NCBI GenBank assembly: GCA_017395245.1
Contig: JAFPVR010000116.1
Coordinates: 22,086-86,085, forward strand
DNA length: 64,000 bases
Direction: 5' to 3'
From: Bacteroidales bacterium
Lineage (GTDB): Bacteria > Bacteroidota > Bacteroidia > Bacteroidales > WCHB1-69
Shown: one piece after another, positions 1 through 11,478 of the stretch
How the letters are laid out: each line of letters begins with the position of its first letter
Numbering within the stretch: position 1 is the stretch's first letter
Position numbers and translations under genes: made by a program
The notes under the pieces: generated by a model
Database searches by the model: none
What the model was told of the DNA's origin: nothing
The model's input: only the letters and a program-made list of their open reading frames with translations

Positions 1-119
1 GAGGCATCATCGGCTAAAATAATCTCGTAGTCCACACCGCTCTTCGAGAGCTGCGTCTGCAACTCCGAAACCAGCGGGTGTACGTTTATGTTGTATATTG
101 GAACTAATACGGAAAGCAT
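1..119 (-). CDS. Glycosyltransferase family 2, N-terminal fragment (runs off left edge)
   Basis: Manual translation MLSVLVPIYNINVHPLVSELQTQLSKSGVDYEIILADDAS fits the GT2 N-terminal pattern S(V/I)xxPxYN...EIIxxDDxS. Confidence 0.8.
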   Translation of the reverse strand, partial: MLSVLVPIYNINVHPLVSELQTQLSKSGVDYEIILADDA

Positions 120-120
120 T

Positions 121-285
121 TTAGACTTTAGACGTTAGACTTAAGACTTTTAGGGTCTTAAGTTCGTTTCTACTAACTATGAATATTGTCAGTCATCTGT
201 CATTAATTCTCTATAGTCTTTAAGTCTTAAGTCTCAAGTCTTAAGTCTCAAGTCTTAGGTCTTAGGTCTCAAGTCTCAAGTCTAA
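121..285. repeat. Heptamer tandem repeats (TTAGACT block facing AAGTCTC/AAGTCTT block, inverted pair)
   Basis: ttagactttagacgttagacttaagact at 121-148 and (aagtctc/aagtctt)n at ~217-285. Confidence 0.9.
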
Positions 286-287
286 AA

Positions 288-1019
288 TTAAACCAGCGAG
301 TCAATCAGCTTGCCGTCTTCGATGCAGATGGCGCGGGAGGGGAACTTGTCAATCATGGCGAAGTTGTGGGTGGCCATGAAGACGGTGGTGCCGCTCTGGT
401 TGATGTGGTGGAAGACTTGGAAGATCTCTTCGGCGGTGATGGGGTCGAGGTTGCCGGTGGGCTCGTCGGCGAGGATAAGATCGGGATTGTTGAGCAGGGC
501 GCGGGCGATGCAGACACGCTGTTGTTCGCCGCCGGAGAGCTGCGACGGCAGTTTGAAGTCTTTGGTCTCTAATCCGACCAGCGTGAGGACCTCCTCGCAG
601 CGGTTGAGCATGGCGTTTTTGTCTTTCCACTGGGTGGCGTGCAGCACGAACATCAGGTTGTCAATGACAGTGCGGTCCTTGAGCAGCTGGTAGTCCTGGA
701 ACACGACCCCGATTTTCTTGCGGAGCTCGGGTATCTGCTTTTTCTTCATCTGGAGAAGGTCGTAGCCGATCATCATGGCCTCCTCGCCCTCGGGCTTGAT
801 TTCGCCGATGAGGGTCTTGAGGATGGAGGACTTGCCGGAGCCTGTCTTGCCGATGAGGTAGACGAATTCGCCCTGCCGGATGGAGAAGCTGATGTCGGTC
901 AGCACCCGCAGCTTCCGGTGCGAGATGTTGACGTGCTTGAAGGAGATGACGTCGGCGGGGACGGTTGTCTCTTGCACTGTTACTTCGGGTTCGGTCTTGA
1001 TGATTTCGGGTTCTTCCAT
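288..1019 (-). CDS. ftsE: Cell division ABC ATP-binding protein FtsE-like
   Basis: Walker [41 protein letters not shown]; ATG at 1019 (MEEPE). Confidence 0.85.
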   Translation of the reverse strand: MEEPEIIKTEPEVTVQETTVPADVISFKHVNISHRKLRVLTDISFSIRQGEFVYLIGKTGSGKSSILKTLIGEIKPEGEEAMMIGYDLLQMKKKQIPELRKKIGVVFQDYQLLKDRTVIDNLMFVLHATQWKDKNAMLNRCEEVLTLVGLETKDFKLPSQLSGGEQQRVCIARALLNNPDLILADEPTGNLDPITAEEIFQVFHHINQSGTTVFMATHNFAMIDKFPSRAICIEDGKLIDSLV

Positions 1020-1039
1020 AACTGCTTCCTTTTCGTTGT

Positions 1040-1163
1040 GGCCCCACACTGCGGTTTATGCCTTGTATGGGGTTATTTGTGCTTCGCGCGCCCCACACTG
1101 CGCTTCGCTTGTGTGGGGTTAATTGCGCTTCGCGCGTTTTGCCTCTTCGAGGCTGCTCGAGGA
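1040..1163 (-). repeat. Multi-hairpin intergenic element, family B
   Basis: Reverse complement of the element at 16037, 50432 and 52101 (GCAGCCTCGxAGAGGCAAAACGC...ACCCCACACAAGCGAAGCGCAGTGTGGGG), with the second hairpin duplicated. Confidence 0.85.
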
Positions 1164-1175
1164 TTTATGTTTATT

Positions 1176-1210
1176 TATTCAGCATTCATAATTCAGCATT
1201 CTGCATTGAA
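1176..1210 (-). repeat. AATGCTG-type heptamer repeat just after the gyrB stop
   Basis: Sense strand aatgcag aatgctg aattatg aatgctg aata. Confidence 0.8.
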
Positions 1211-3283
<2,073 letters not shown>

Positions 3284-3308
3284 TCAGTCGCTAAAATGGA
3301 AAATAATG

Positions 3309-3316
3309 TTATTTTT
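3309..3316 (+). promoter_or_regulatory. Bacteroidetes -7 promoter element TAnnTTTG; divergent partner for gyrB at ~3212-3219 (-)
   Basis: TATTTTTG upstream of the csgG-like gene; the same motif precedes many operons in the window. Confidence 0.6.
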
Positions 3317-3361
3317 GCCGCCGGATTTCAATCGAAGAAGAACATTAAATATAAAGGTATT

Positions 3362-4237
3362 ATGAAAAAAGTGATTATCTGTCTGCTGGCGTTCTGCATC
3401 GCGGCTACTTCCGCGGTCTTCGGCCAGACGGACAAGACGTTGAAACGCAAGGTGGCCATCGGCCGTTTCACCAACGAAACGCAATACGCGAAGGGGCTCT
3501 TCTACGACCGCGACAACGACCCCATCCGCAAGCAGGCCCTCGACATCTTGTCGGCCAAGCTGGCGGCGAGCGGCAAGTTCATCCTTCTCGAACGTGACGG
3601 TTTGGAGGAACTGGTCGCGGAAGCGGGCGCTGACATGAAAAAGATTGGTGCCGACTACATCATCCTGGGATCTGTCACCAAGTTCGGGCGCAAGGTGGAG
3701 GGAGACCAGAAGGTCTTCTCCCAGTCCAAGACCCAGACCGTGGAAGCAGGTGTGAGCATCCGTCTGGTGGAGGTCTCCACAGGGCTGATTATCTACTCCG
3801 ACGAGGCTTCGGGTTTCGCGGAGACCACCTCCAAGCAAACCCTCGGCATCGGCGGTACAGCGGGCTACGACGCCACGCTGAGCGACAAGGCCATCTCCGC
3901 GGCACTGTCGCAGCTCGTGGAGAACATTATCAACAAGTGCATGGACAAGCCGTGGCGCGGCTATGTCTTGGCGATTGAGGACGGCGCATACGTCATCTCC
4001 GGCGGTAAGACCCAGGGTATCGAGCCGGGTACCACCTTCACGCTCTACAAGAGAGGCAAGATGGTCACCAACCCGCAGAACGGTGTCCAGATCGAGCTGC
4101 CCGGCACCAGCCTCGGCAAACTCACCGTGACCCTCTGTCTGGGCGACACGCCCGAGACCGAAATCTCGTTCTGCACCTACGACGGCGAGGGCATCGATGC
4201 CAACGACCTCGGCAATTATTACATCATGGAAAAATAA
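3362..4237 (+). CDS. CsgG/HfaB-family (curli assembly/FlgT-like) exported protein
   Basis: Signal peptide; KRKVAIGRFTNET, SGKFILLER, GADYIILGSVTKFGR, VSIRLVEVSTG, GYDATLSDKAISAA; extra C-terminal beta domain. Confidence 0.8.
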   Translation: MKKVIICLLAFCIAATSAVFGQTDKTLKRKVAIGRFTNETQYAKGLFYDRDNDPIRKQALDILSAKLAASGKFILLERDGLEELVAEAGADMKKIGADYIILGSVTKFGRKVEGDQKVFSQSKTQTVEAGVSIRLVEVSTGLIIYSDEASGFAETTSKQTLGIGGTAGYDATLSDKAISAALSQLVENIINKCMDKPWRGYVLAIEDGAYVISGGKTQGIEPGTTFTLYKRGKMVTNPQNGVQIELPGTSLGKLTVTLCLGDTPETEISFCTYDGEGIDANDLGNYYIMEK

Positions 4238-4243
4238 GGCATT

Positions 4244-4588
4244 ATGAAAAAGATCATCGTCATATTCGCATGTTTTGCCGCCCTCCTGTTTGCAGGCTGC
4301 GGCGTGGGATCCTATTCTGTGAGCAGCGGCCAGGCAGACGAGGGCTATGTGACCTTCGTCGCATCCTCCGCCTACGACATCACCGTCGATATAGATGGAC
4401 AGACCTACAAGTGCAAGACTGTCAAGGAGATACCGCACAAAACGCGTCGCGACATCAAGAAGACCGCTCAGAATACCATCACGGTGAAGCCGGGTACGCA
4501 CAATCTCAAGGTCTCCGCCGGCGGTCAGGAAAAACTCTCCCAGAAGGTGTTCATCTCGGCTCAGGAAACCAAAATCATCAAGTTATGA
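4244..4588 (+). CDS. Small hypothetical lipoprotein (PEGA-like beta fold possible)
   Basis: Lipobox LFAGC; VDIDG...VKPGTHNLKV. Confidence 0.7.
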   Translation: MKKIIVIFACFAALLFAGCGVGSYSVSSGQADEGYVTFVASSAYDITVDIDGQTYKCKTVKEIPHKTRRDIKKTAQNTITVKPGTHNLKVSAGGQEKLSQKVFISAQETKIIKL

Positions 4589-5022
4589 GAAAGTTGTTGT
4601 TTATCATAGTCGCCGGATGTCTGCTCTGTTCCTGCAGCACCACCCAGCTCTACAATTGGGGCGGAACCTACAACGGCACGACCAGCTACGAGCAGCGTCT
4701 CTATGCGTTTTACGATCGGCAGTCGCCGGAGAGCGTGTGCGCGTTGGTGTGCCAGTATGCGGATATGGTCGCCAACCCTGGCGGTGTGCGCAATGTGGTG
4801 CCGCCGGGTATCTATGCCGAGTACGGATACTTGCTGATCCAGCCCGAGACCGCCGAGGCCTTTGAGAAACACGCCACCGACAAGCAAAAACGCGTGTTCA
4901 GCTTTACTACCTACAGCACCTCTTTCTATGAGCTCGGTCTTGCCATGATGCAGAAAGAGATCGAACTCTACCCCGAATCCAGAAAGTTCATCGGTCCTTT
5001 GGTCGAAAGGCTTAAACGATGA
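4585..5022 (+). CDS. DUF4810-family lipoprotein
   Basis: ATGA overlap with upstream gene; lipobox LCSC, LYNWG, VPPGIYAEYGYLL, KEIELYPES. Confidence 0.8.
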   Translation: MRKLLFIIVAGCLLCSCSTTQLYNWGGTYNGTTSYEQRLYAFYDRQSPESVCALVCQYADMVANPGGVRNVVPPGIYAEYGYLLIQPETAEAFEKHATDKQKRVFSFTTYSTSFYELGLAMMQKEIELYPESRKFIGPLVERLKR

Positions 5023-5067
5023 ATGGTTATAGGTTATGGGTTATGGGTTATAGTTTGTTGAAGTTGT

Positions 5068-5130
5068 TCCAAAAGGGCTGTGAGCCCGAAGTTTGTCAAC
5101 CCAGGGCGTAGCGTAGCGAGTTCTGGGACC
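5068..5130 (+). repeat. Family B hairpin element variant, preceded by GGTTATG heptamers (5024-5052)
   Basis: GGGCTGTGAGCCC then CCCAGGGCGTAGCGTAGCGAGTTCTGGG. Confidence 0.6.
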
Positions 5131-5144
5131 TAAAATCAGTCAAA

Positions 5145-5825
5145 ATGAAAAAAGCAATATACACCATTCTTGCGGCCGTCGCCCTGTTTCTCTCCTCCTG
5201 CTCGCCTCAGTTCACGCGGCTGGAGCAGTATCCGGGGATGTACGAGGCCAAGCCTGTCACTCTCGTGGTGATGCCGCCCATCAACAACACGTCTAATGTA
5301 GACGCTAAAGAATTGCTCTACACCTCCATCAGCTACCCGCTGGTCGAGGCCGGCTACTACGTCATCTCCCCGCATCTGACGATGGAGATGCTCAAAGCCG
5401 AGAGCGGATACGATGCCGAGATGCTGATTGAACGTGATGCGGCCATCTTCGCGCAGGTTTTCGGTGCCGACGCAGTGGTCTTCTCCGTCATCGACGAGTG
5501 GGCAAAGAAAGGCTTCGGCATCCAGACAAAGTTGCACTACATCATCAAGTCGACCAAGGACAACTCGGTCTTGTTCGAGCGCACCTGCGACCTCTATCTG
5601 GATCTCTCCAGCAGAAGCAGCAACAGTAGCGGGGGATTGTTTGGCGCGCTTGTCGACTTGACCGCCTCGGCGGTGAACACGGCGGTAACAAAGCCCATCG
5701 AGGCGGCTCGCAAGTGTAACCGCTATATTTTCAGCGACATCCCGCGCGGCAAGTACCACCCTGACTTCATGAACGACGGGGAGGTGGGGGCCAGCAAGAA
5801 GGACATCTCCGTGACGGTGAGATAA
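5145..5825 (+). CDS. DUF799/GNA1162-family lipoprotein
   Basis: Lipobox LSSC; KPVTLVVMPPINNT, PLVEAGYYVI, FGADAVVF, GGLFGALV. Confidence 0.8.
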   Translation: MKKAIYTILAAVALFLSSCSPQFTRLEQYPGMYEAKPVTLVVMPPINNTSNVDAKELLYTSISYPLVEAGYYVISPHLTMEMLKAESGYDAEMLIERDAAIFAQVFGADAVVFSVIDEWAKKGFGIQTKLHYIIKSTKDNSVLFERTCDLYLDLSSRSSNSSGGLFGALVDLTASAVNTAVTKPIEAARKCNRYIFSDIPRGKYHPDFMNDGEVGASKKDISVTVR

Positions 5826-5842
5826 TCGGGATGTGAGAAAAT

Positions 5843-5880
5843 AAAAACGGGAGCCGCGGTTGCGACTCCCGTTTTTGTTT
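5843..5880. terminator. Bidirectional intrinsic terminator
   Basis: AAAAACGGGAG...CTCCCGTTTTT between convergent genes. Confidence 0.8.
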
Positions 5881-5896
5881 TCGCCCATTCTTCGTC

Positions 5897-7093
5897 CTAT
5901 TTCGTGGCGTCGATGGCCTGTTTGATCAGCTGGAAGGTGGCTTCCGGATCGTTGTCGAGACCCATGGAGAAGCGGATGAGGCCTTCGCTCATGCCCATTT
6001 CCTTCTGGATGTCTTCGGGAACCTCGGAAGAGGTCGATTTGCCGGAGTTGCTGAACAGGGTCTTGAAGTAGCCGAGGCTGACGGCGAGGTAGCCCACGCC
6101 GAGCTCCTGCATCTTCTCCATGATGGCGCTGGCTCTTTCGGCCGTGCCCATGTCGATGGAGATCATGCCGCCGAAGCCGTAGCCGTCGTTCATCATCGAT
6201 TTGAACAGCTCGTGGTCGGGATGCTCGGGAAGACCCGGATAGTTGTACTTGATGCCGGTCTCTTTGAAGCGTTTGGCGAGATACATGGCGTTCTCGCTGT
6301 GTTTCTTCATGCGGATATGCAGGGTGTGCAGGTTCTTCTGGATGCTCGTGGAGCGGAAGGTGTCGAGCACGGGACCCAGCAACATGGCGGTGCCGGTGTT
6401 CACGTCAATCAGGGAGTTGATGTAGTCGGCGGAACCGCAGATGGCGCCGGCCACGCAGTCGTTCATGCCGTTCACATATTTGGTCATACTGTAGATGACG
6501 ACATCCGCGCCCAAACGGTAGGGAGAGAAGATCATCGGGGTGAAGGTGTTGTCAACCAGCAGCTTGGCACCGGCGGCGTGCGCAATCTTCGACAGCTCGG
6601 GAAGGTTGGCGATACGCAGCAACGGGTTGTTCATCGTTTCGGTGTAGAGCACCTTGGTGTTCGGGCGGATGGCCTTCTTCACGGCGTCGAGGTCCTGCAT
6701 GTTCACGAAGGTGACATCGACGTTGAACTTCTTGAGGTAGTTGTTCAGGAAGGCGAACGTGCCGCCGTAGGTGGTCATGCTGGAGACGATGTGGTCGCCG
6801 CTCTTCACTTCGTGCAACAAGGCAACGGTAATGGCGGCCATGCCGGAACCGGTCGTCCAGGCCAGCTCGGTGCCCTCGATGGCGGCCAATGACTGTGCCA
6901 AAGAGAGGGTGCTGGGGTTCCAGTGGCGGGAGTAGAGGAAGTAGCCCTCGGTCTCACCGTGGAAGGTGTCAGTCATGGTCTTGGCATGTTCGAACATGAA
7001 CGTTGCGCTATCGCAGATAGCCGGGTTGACGCCACGGTAGGCATCTTTCTTGTCCAATCTTTCCAGGTTGGTTGCGGGATCGAATTTTTCCAT
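5897..7093 (-). CDS. PLP-dependent Cys/Met metabolism enzyme (methionine gamma-lyase-like)
   Basis: YSR, SGMAAI, YGGT, VDNTF, SMTKY (PLP lysine), AVSLG, LIRFSMGL. Confidence 0.88.
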   Translation of the reverse strand: MEKFDPATNLERLDKKDAYRGVNPAICDSATFMFEHAKTMTDTFHGETEGYFLYSRHWNPSTLSLAQSLAAIEGTELAWTTGSGMAAITVALLHEVKSGDHIVSSMTTYGGTFAFLNNYLKKFNVDVTFVNMQDLDAVKKAIRPNTKVLYTETMNNPLLRIANLPELSKIAHAAGAKLLVDNTFTPMIFSPYRLGADVVIYSMTKYVNGMNDCVAGAICGSADYINSLIDVNTGTAMLLGPVLDTFRSTSIQKNLHTLHIRMKKHSENAMYLAKRFKETGIKYNYPGLPEHPDHELFKSMMNDGYGFGGMISIDMGTAERASAIMEKMQELGVGYLAVSLGYFKTLFSNSGKSTSSEVPEDIQKEMGMSEGLIRFSMGLDNDPEATFQLIKQAIDATK

Positions 7094-7222
7094 TTTTATG
7101 CTTAATTTAGGATGTTAAATTTGAGGTGGCAAAAGTACAATTTTTTTGGTTACTTCGCTTGTGAAATTGAATAGAATAATTGTGTATTTTTGCCGCTGTT
7201 TTAACCTAATACGAGTTGTTAT

Positions 7223-7918
7223 ATGGAAATAGCAGGCCATACGGTCAATTTTAAAAAGATTGTCCGCTTTTTTCTGAAGTTGTTTCTGAAAAGGTCGTTG
7301 AGGCAGAAGCGGAGAATCCGGAAGTACATGCGGAGCGCCCAGGAACCCAAGTTGCAGATCGGATGCGGCGGGAACCTCCTGGAAGGCTGGCTGAACACCG
7401 GCATCTCTTATCAAGAATGCCGCGACGGGGTTTACTTGAATGCGGGGAAGCGTTTCCCTTTTCCTGACGCTACGTTCGACTATATCTTTTCGGAACATCT
7501 GTTCGAGCATCTGACGTATCCGCAGGCCATGAACATGCTGAAAGAGAGTTACCGGGTGCTGAAGCCGGGCGGTGTCATGCGGGTGGCCACCCCGAACCTC
7601 CGTTTCCTGTTAGGCTTGTATCAAGAGCCGGATAACCCTCTACACAAACGGTATATTGAATATTCAGCCAAGAGTGGGAACCTTCCTCCGACGGCTGTTT
7701 TTGTCATCAACCGCTTCCACACCGCTTGGGGACATCAAATCATTTACGACAAGGAGACCCTCTCCAATCTGCTGGAACAGAACGGATTCAAGGACATTTG
7801 CGAGTGCGAAGTGAGCCAAAGCAGTCATCCTGCGCTGAATGGTGTAGAGGGCCATTTCAAGTCGTTGCCCGCTGAATTTAACAGCTTGGAAACGATGGTG
7901 TTGGAAGCAACCAAATAG
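7223..7918 (+). CDS. SAM-dependent methyltransferase (Methyltransf_11-like)
   Basis: LQIGCGG, FPDATFDYIFSEHLFEHL, RVLKPGG. Confidence 0.85.
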   Translation: MEIAGHTVNFKKIVRFFLKLFLKRSLRQKRRIRKYMRSAQEPKLQIGCGGNLLEGWLNTGISYQECRDGVYLNAGKRFPFPDATFDYIFSEHLFEHLTYPQAMNMLKESYRVLKPGGVMRVATPNLRFLLGLYQEPDNPLHKRYIEYSAKSGNLPPTAVFVINRFHTAWGHQIIYDKETLSNLLEQNGFKDICECEVSQSSHPALNGVEGHFKSLPAEFNSLETMVLEATK

Positions 7919-8102
7919 GAGCTGCGGCATTCGTGCCGCAAAAAAAGCCGCCAGGAATGGCGGTGCTCCTAAAACAAAGCCGCCAGGAATGGCGGTGCTC
8001 CTAAAACAAAGCCGCCAGGAATGGCGGTGCTCCTAAAACAAAGCCGCCAGGAATGGCGGTGCTCCTAAAACAAAGCCGCCAAGGATGGCAGCGCTCCTAA
8101 AA
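7916..8102 (+). repeat. Family C palindromic element with right arm amplified five times (32-bp period)
   Basis: TAGGAGCTGCGGCATTCGTGCCGC then AAAGCCGCCAGGAATGGCGGTGCTCCTAAAAC units at 7944, 7976, 8008, 8040, 8072; no spacers. Confidence 0.92.
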
Positions 8103-8119
8103 CAACAAATACCATAACA

Positions 8120-9466
8120 ATGAATATCAAGATCGCCAAAGGTTTGGATCTGAAGCTGGCCGGTGCCGCTCCCGACATGCGGCTGGATTTCGCCTGCTCG
8201 GAAACATTCCACATTAAGCCGTCTGACTTCCGCTGGCTGAAGCCGAAACTGCTCGTGCAGGTGGGTGACCGCGTGGAGGTCGGCACCCCGCTGTTCTGCG
8301 ACAAACAGGACGAACGAGTGGTCGTCGTATCCCCTGTGAAGGGAACCGTGAAGGATATTGTGCGCGGTGAGAAACGGGTCATCGAAGAGGTCAGGATAGA
8401 TAGGGACCAGGACTTGATTATAGATAACAGAATCGATTTCAACACCCCTACTGATGGAGATAGTGTTCGTAAGTTAATGTTACAGTACGGTTTATGGCCC
8501 AGTCTGCGGCAACGTCCGTTTGCCATCATTCCCAGTCCCGACAGCAAGCCGAAATCGATCTTCATTCCCTGCTTCGACAGCAACCCGCTCGCCCCCGACT
8601 TCAACGTGTTGATGTGCGGACCGGATATCTTCCTTCAGTCCGGAATCCAAATGCTGCAACTGGCCGCTGGCGACGTGCCCATACACTTGTGTATGCGCGA
8701 AGGTGCCGACAACCAATTCTTTGAAACCGTCGAGAACGTACAAAAGCACTACATCAGCGGTCCGCATCCAGCAGGAAACGTCGGTACGCACATCCACCAC
8801 ATTGACCCCATAAATAGAGGCGATATCGTCTGGTATATTGACCCGCAGGAGGTTGCCCGCATCGGACAATTCTTTGCCGAACATACCCTGCAATTCGGAA
8901 AAACCGCTGCGTTGACAGGTCCTGTCGTCAAAAATCCCGGCTATTTCCACACGGTATATGGTGCCGACCTTACGGCACTGCTCACAGACAACCTCACGCA
9001 GGAGAACGTCCGCCTAATCAGCGGCAGTGTGCTGAGTGGCAGCAAATTGGGTAAATGTCCGACGTTAGGATTCTACGACCGTCAGGTTACCGTCATCGCA
9101 GAGGGTGGACAGCGGGAGATTCTCGGATGGCTTCTGCCGGGTCTCAAGAAATGGAGCCTTTCGCACACCTTCCTTTCCTGGCTCACCCCCAAGCGTACCT
9201 ACGACGTGAGCACCTCCCTCCACGGCGGCCGCCGCGCCGTCATGATGACCGACGTTTACGACAAAGTCTTCCCTCTTGACCTCATGCCCCTGCAACTGCT
9301 CAAAGCCTGCGAAATCAAGGACATCGAACAGATGGAAGCCCTCGGCATCTACGAGGTCGATAGCGAGGACTTCGCCCTCTGCGAGCTCGTCTGTCCCTCG
9401 AAGAAAGAGTGGCAGCGGATTGTGGAAGATGCGATTTTTGAATGTAGAATGCAGAATGTAGAATGA
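8120..9466 (+). CDS. nqrA: Na(+)-translocating NADH:quinone reductase subunit A
   Basis: IKIAKGLDLKLAG, GPHPAGNVG, DFALCELVCPSK. Confidence 0.93.
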   Translation: MNIKIAKGLDLKLAGAAPDMRLDFACSETFHIKPSDFRWLKPKLLVQVGDRVEVGTPLFCDKQDERVVVVSPVKGTVKDIVRGEKRVIEEVRIDRDQDLIIDNRIDFNTPTDGDSVRKLMLQYGLWPSLRQRPFAIIPSPDSKPKSIFIPCFDSNPLAPDFNVLMCGPDIFLQSGIQMLQLAAGDVPIHLCMREGADNQFFETVENVQKHYISGPHPAGNVGTHIHHIDPINRGDIVWYIDPQEVARIGQFFAEHTLQFGKTAALTGPVVKNPGYFHTVYGADLTALLTDNLTQENVRLISGSVLSGSKLGKCPTLGFYDRQVTVIAEGGQREILGWLLPGLKKWSLSHTFLSWLTPKRTYDVSTSLHGGRRAVMMTDVYDKVFPLDLMPLQLLKACEIKDIEQMEALGIYEVDSEDFALCELVCPSKKEWQRIVEDAIFECRMQNVE

Positions 9467-9610
9467 TGAATGCTGAATGCTGAATGCTGAATAGGAGACG
9501 TAAAACCTCAATATATTAAAACATCATTCCTTGAAAGCCCTGTAAGGGCGTCGTATGTCAGCCCAGGGTGAACGAAGTGAGCCCTGGGAACGATAAACGG
9601 TAAACGATAA
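9441..9610 (+). repeat. AATGCTG heptamers, family B element (9527-9590) and AACGATA heptamers
   Basis: aatgtag aatgcag aatgtag aatgatg (aatgctg)3; TTCCTTGAAAGCCCTGTAAGGGC...AGCCCAGGGTGAACGAAGTGAGCCCTGGG. Confidence 0.8.
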
Positions 9611-11449
9611 ATGATGAATAGTATGCGAAAAACAATAACGATAATCATATTCATTTTAGCTGCGATTGCGGCGCAAGCACAGCAAAAAACGGTCCAGCCC
9701 ACCTGGTCCTCCCTCAACGATCGTGGTTACCCGCAGTGGTTCCGATACGAGAAGTTAGGCATTTTCATCCATTGGGGACTATACTCCGTTCCCGCGTACG
9801 CCTCGAAAGAGGGCTACGGCGAGTGGTTCTACCGAGGGCTGATGCAGCATGTGCCCGAGCGGACGCGCATTATGAGCCTCTATGCCGACACCACCAAGCC
9901 GACCTTCGAACAATATGCCGAACTGACAAAGTATTGGCACGCAGAGCTTTGGAACCCCGACGACTGGGCGCAGATGTTCAAGGATGCCGGGGCGCAATAT
10001 GTCGTCCTCGTCACCAAGCACCACGACGGCTACTGCCTGTGGGACAGTCCGCAGCAGCCGCAATGGAACAGCGTGGTGAGCGGTCCGAAGCGCAACATTG
10101 TGGAGGAACTGACGAACGCGGTGCGGGCGAAGGGGCTGCGCATGGGCCTCTACTACTCGCTGCCCGAATGGACCAACCCGCGCCACATCTGGATGCAGGA
10201 CCCCGACGACTCCATTGCCGATTATGTCGATAACTACATGGTGCCGCAGTTCAAGGATTTGGTGACGCGCTACAAGCCGGACCTCATCTTCTCCGACGGT
10301 GACTGGAACAATTCCGCAGAGCAGTTTCATTCTCCAGAGTTGATCAGCTGGTATTACAATACCGTAGGTCCCGATGCTATCGTCAACAACCGTTGGGGCA
10401 ACGGCACGAAGCACGGCTTCCTGACCCCCGAGTACAGCGCGGGTATCGCCAACACGGAGGTTCCGTGGGCCGAGTGTCGTGGATTCGGGCGTAGCTTCGG
10501 TCTCAACCGCAACGAAGACCTAGACAACTACATGACCGACAAGGAGTTGATACAGCATTTCGTGGAACTGGTGGCGCACGGCGGCGGCATGACCCTCAAC
10601 GTGGGTCCAAACGCCGACGGCACCATTCCGCTCATCCAGCAGGAACGGCTCCGCAGTCTCGGCAAATGGTTGGAAATCAACGGTGCGGCCATTTACGGGG
10701 CACTGCCGAATGATGTACCATGCCAGCGGGAGAAAACTTCAGCCCAACTGACACCCTCGAAGACCATCAATTTCGACTGGGTGCGCAACGCGCCGATGCG
10801 GGAGGTGACGCCAGACCATTTCGACATCCATTGGAGTGGGACAATCACCGTACCCGCCGACGGCAAGTTCACTTTCAAGGTTTCCGCTGACGATGTTATG
10901 ACCGTGACACGCCGTATCACCTACACCGAAGACACGCTTCTGCATGTCAGCAAAGGCGGTGCCGGGACGCAAATCCCGCAAACGACCCTCTATTTGCAAA
11001 AAGACGAGACACTGAACTTGGAGGTTTATTACCATGAGGAGGATATGGAGGCTACGGCTTCGCTGACGTGGAGTTGCGACGGAGGTGCAGAGGAACCGGT
11101 ACCGGCAAATTGGCAGGGCGAAGTCACATGGGAGCGCACCACCCGATGCTTCACTTTTGACGATGGCAACTTCTACATTATAGAGTTTGAAAGACCCAGC
11201 CAACTTGAGCCGTTGGTCATCAAGAATATGCCCAAACTAAATCCGAAAGATGGGATGATCCTGTTAGGCACGGAGTATGAGGTGAGCTGCCACGGCGAAA
11301 AAGGGGAAGCCTACACCATGCTGAAGTGGAAACAGGACAAGAAGGGAACCCTTACCATCGACTTTTCCGACATCGACACCAAGAAGTTGAATGAGTTGGA
11401 GAATGCGTGGGTAATCCGGGTCATTTCTTTTGAGACACTTAAGCGATAA
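9611..11449 (+). CDS. Alpha-L-fucosidase (GH29) with PA14-like insert
   Basis: Signal peptide; KLGIFIHWGLYSVP, TKHHDGYCLW, IFSDG, LNVGPNADGTI; PA14-like INFDW..DHFDIHWSGTI..F..SADD. Confidence 0.9.
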   Translation: MMNSMRKTITIIIFILAAIAAQAQQKTVQPTWSSLNDRGYPQWFRYEKLGIFIHWGLYSVPAYASKEGYGEWFYRGLMQHVPERTRIMSLYADTTKPTFEQYAELTKYWHAELWNPDDWAQMFKDAGAQYVVLVTKHHDGYCLWDSPQQPQWNSVVSGPKRNIVEELTNAVRAKGLRMGLYYSLPEWTNPRHIWMQDPDDSIADYVDNYMVPQFKDLVTRYKPDLIFSDGDWNNSAEQFHSPELISWYYNTVGPDAIVNNRWGNGTKHGFLTPEYSAGIANTEVPWAECRGFGRSFGLNRNEDLDNYMTDKELIQHFVELVAHGGGMTLNVGPNADGTIPLIQQERLRSLGKWLEINGAAIYGALPNDVPCQREKTSAQLTPSKTINFDWVRNAPMREVTPDHFDIHWSGTITVPADGKFTFKVSADDVMTVTRRITYTEDTLLHVSKGGAGTQIPQTTLYLQKDETLNLEVYYHEEDMEATASLTWSCDGGAEEPVPANWQGEVTWERTTRCFTFDDGNFYIIEFERPSQLEPLVIKNMPKLNPKDGMILLGTEYEVSCHGEKGEAYTMLKWKQDKKGTLTIDFSDIDTKKLNELENAWVIRVISFETLKR

Positions 11450-11478
11450 TTTATTACTTTTGCCAACTTTTTAGAGAA

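Noticed and set aside
7944-8102. Possible CRISPR array (32-bp palindromic repeats)
   Set aside because: Units are head-to-tail with no unique spacers, and they are one arm of a dispersed element.
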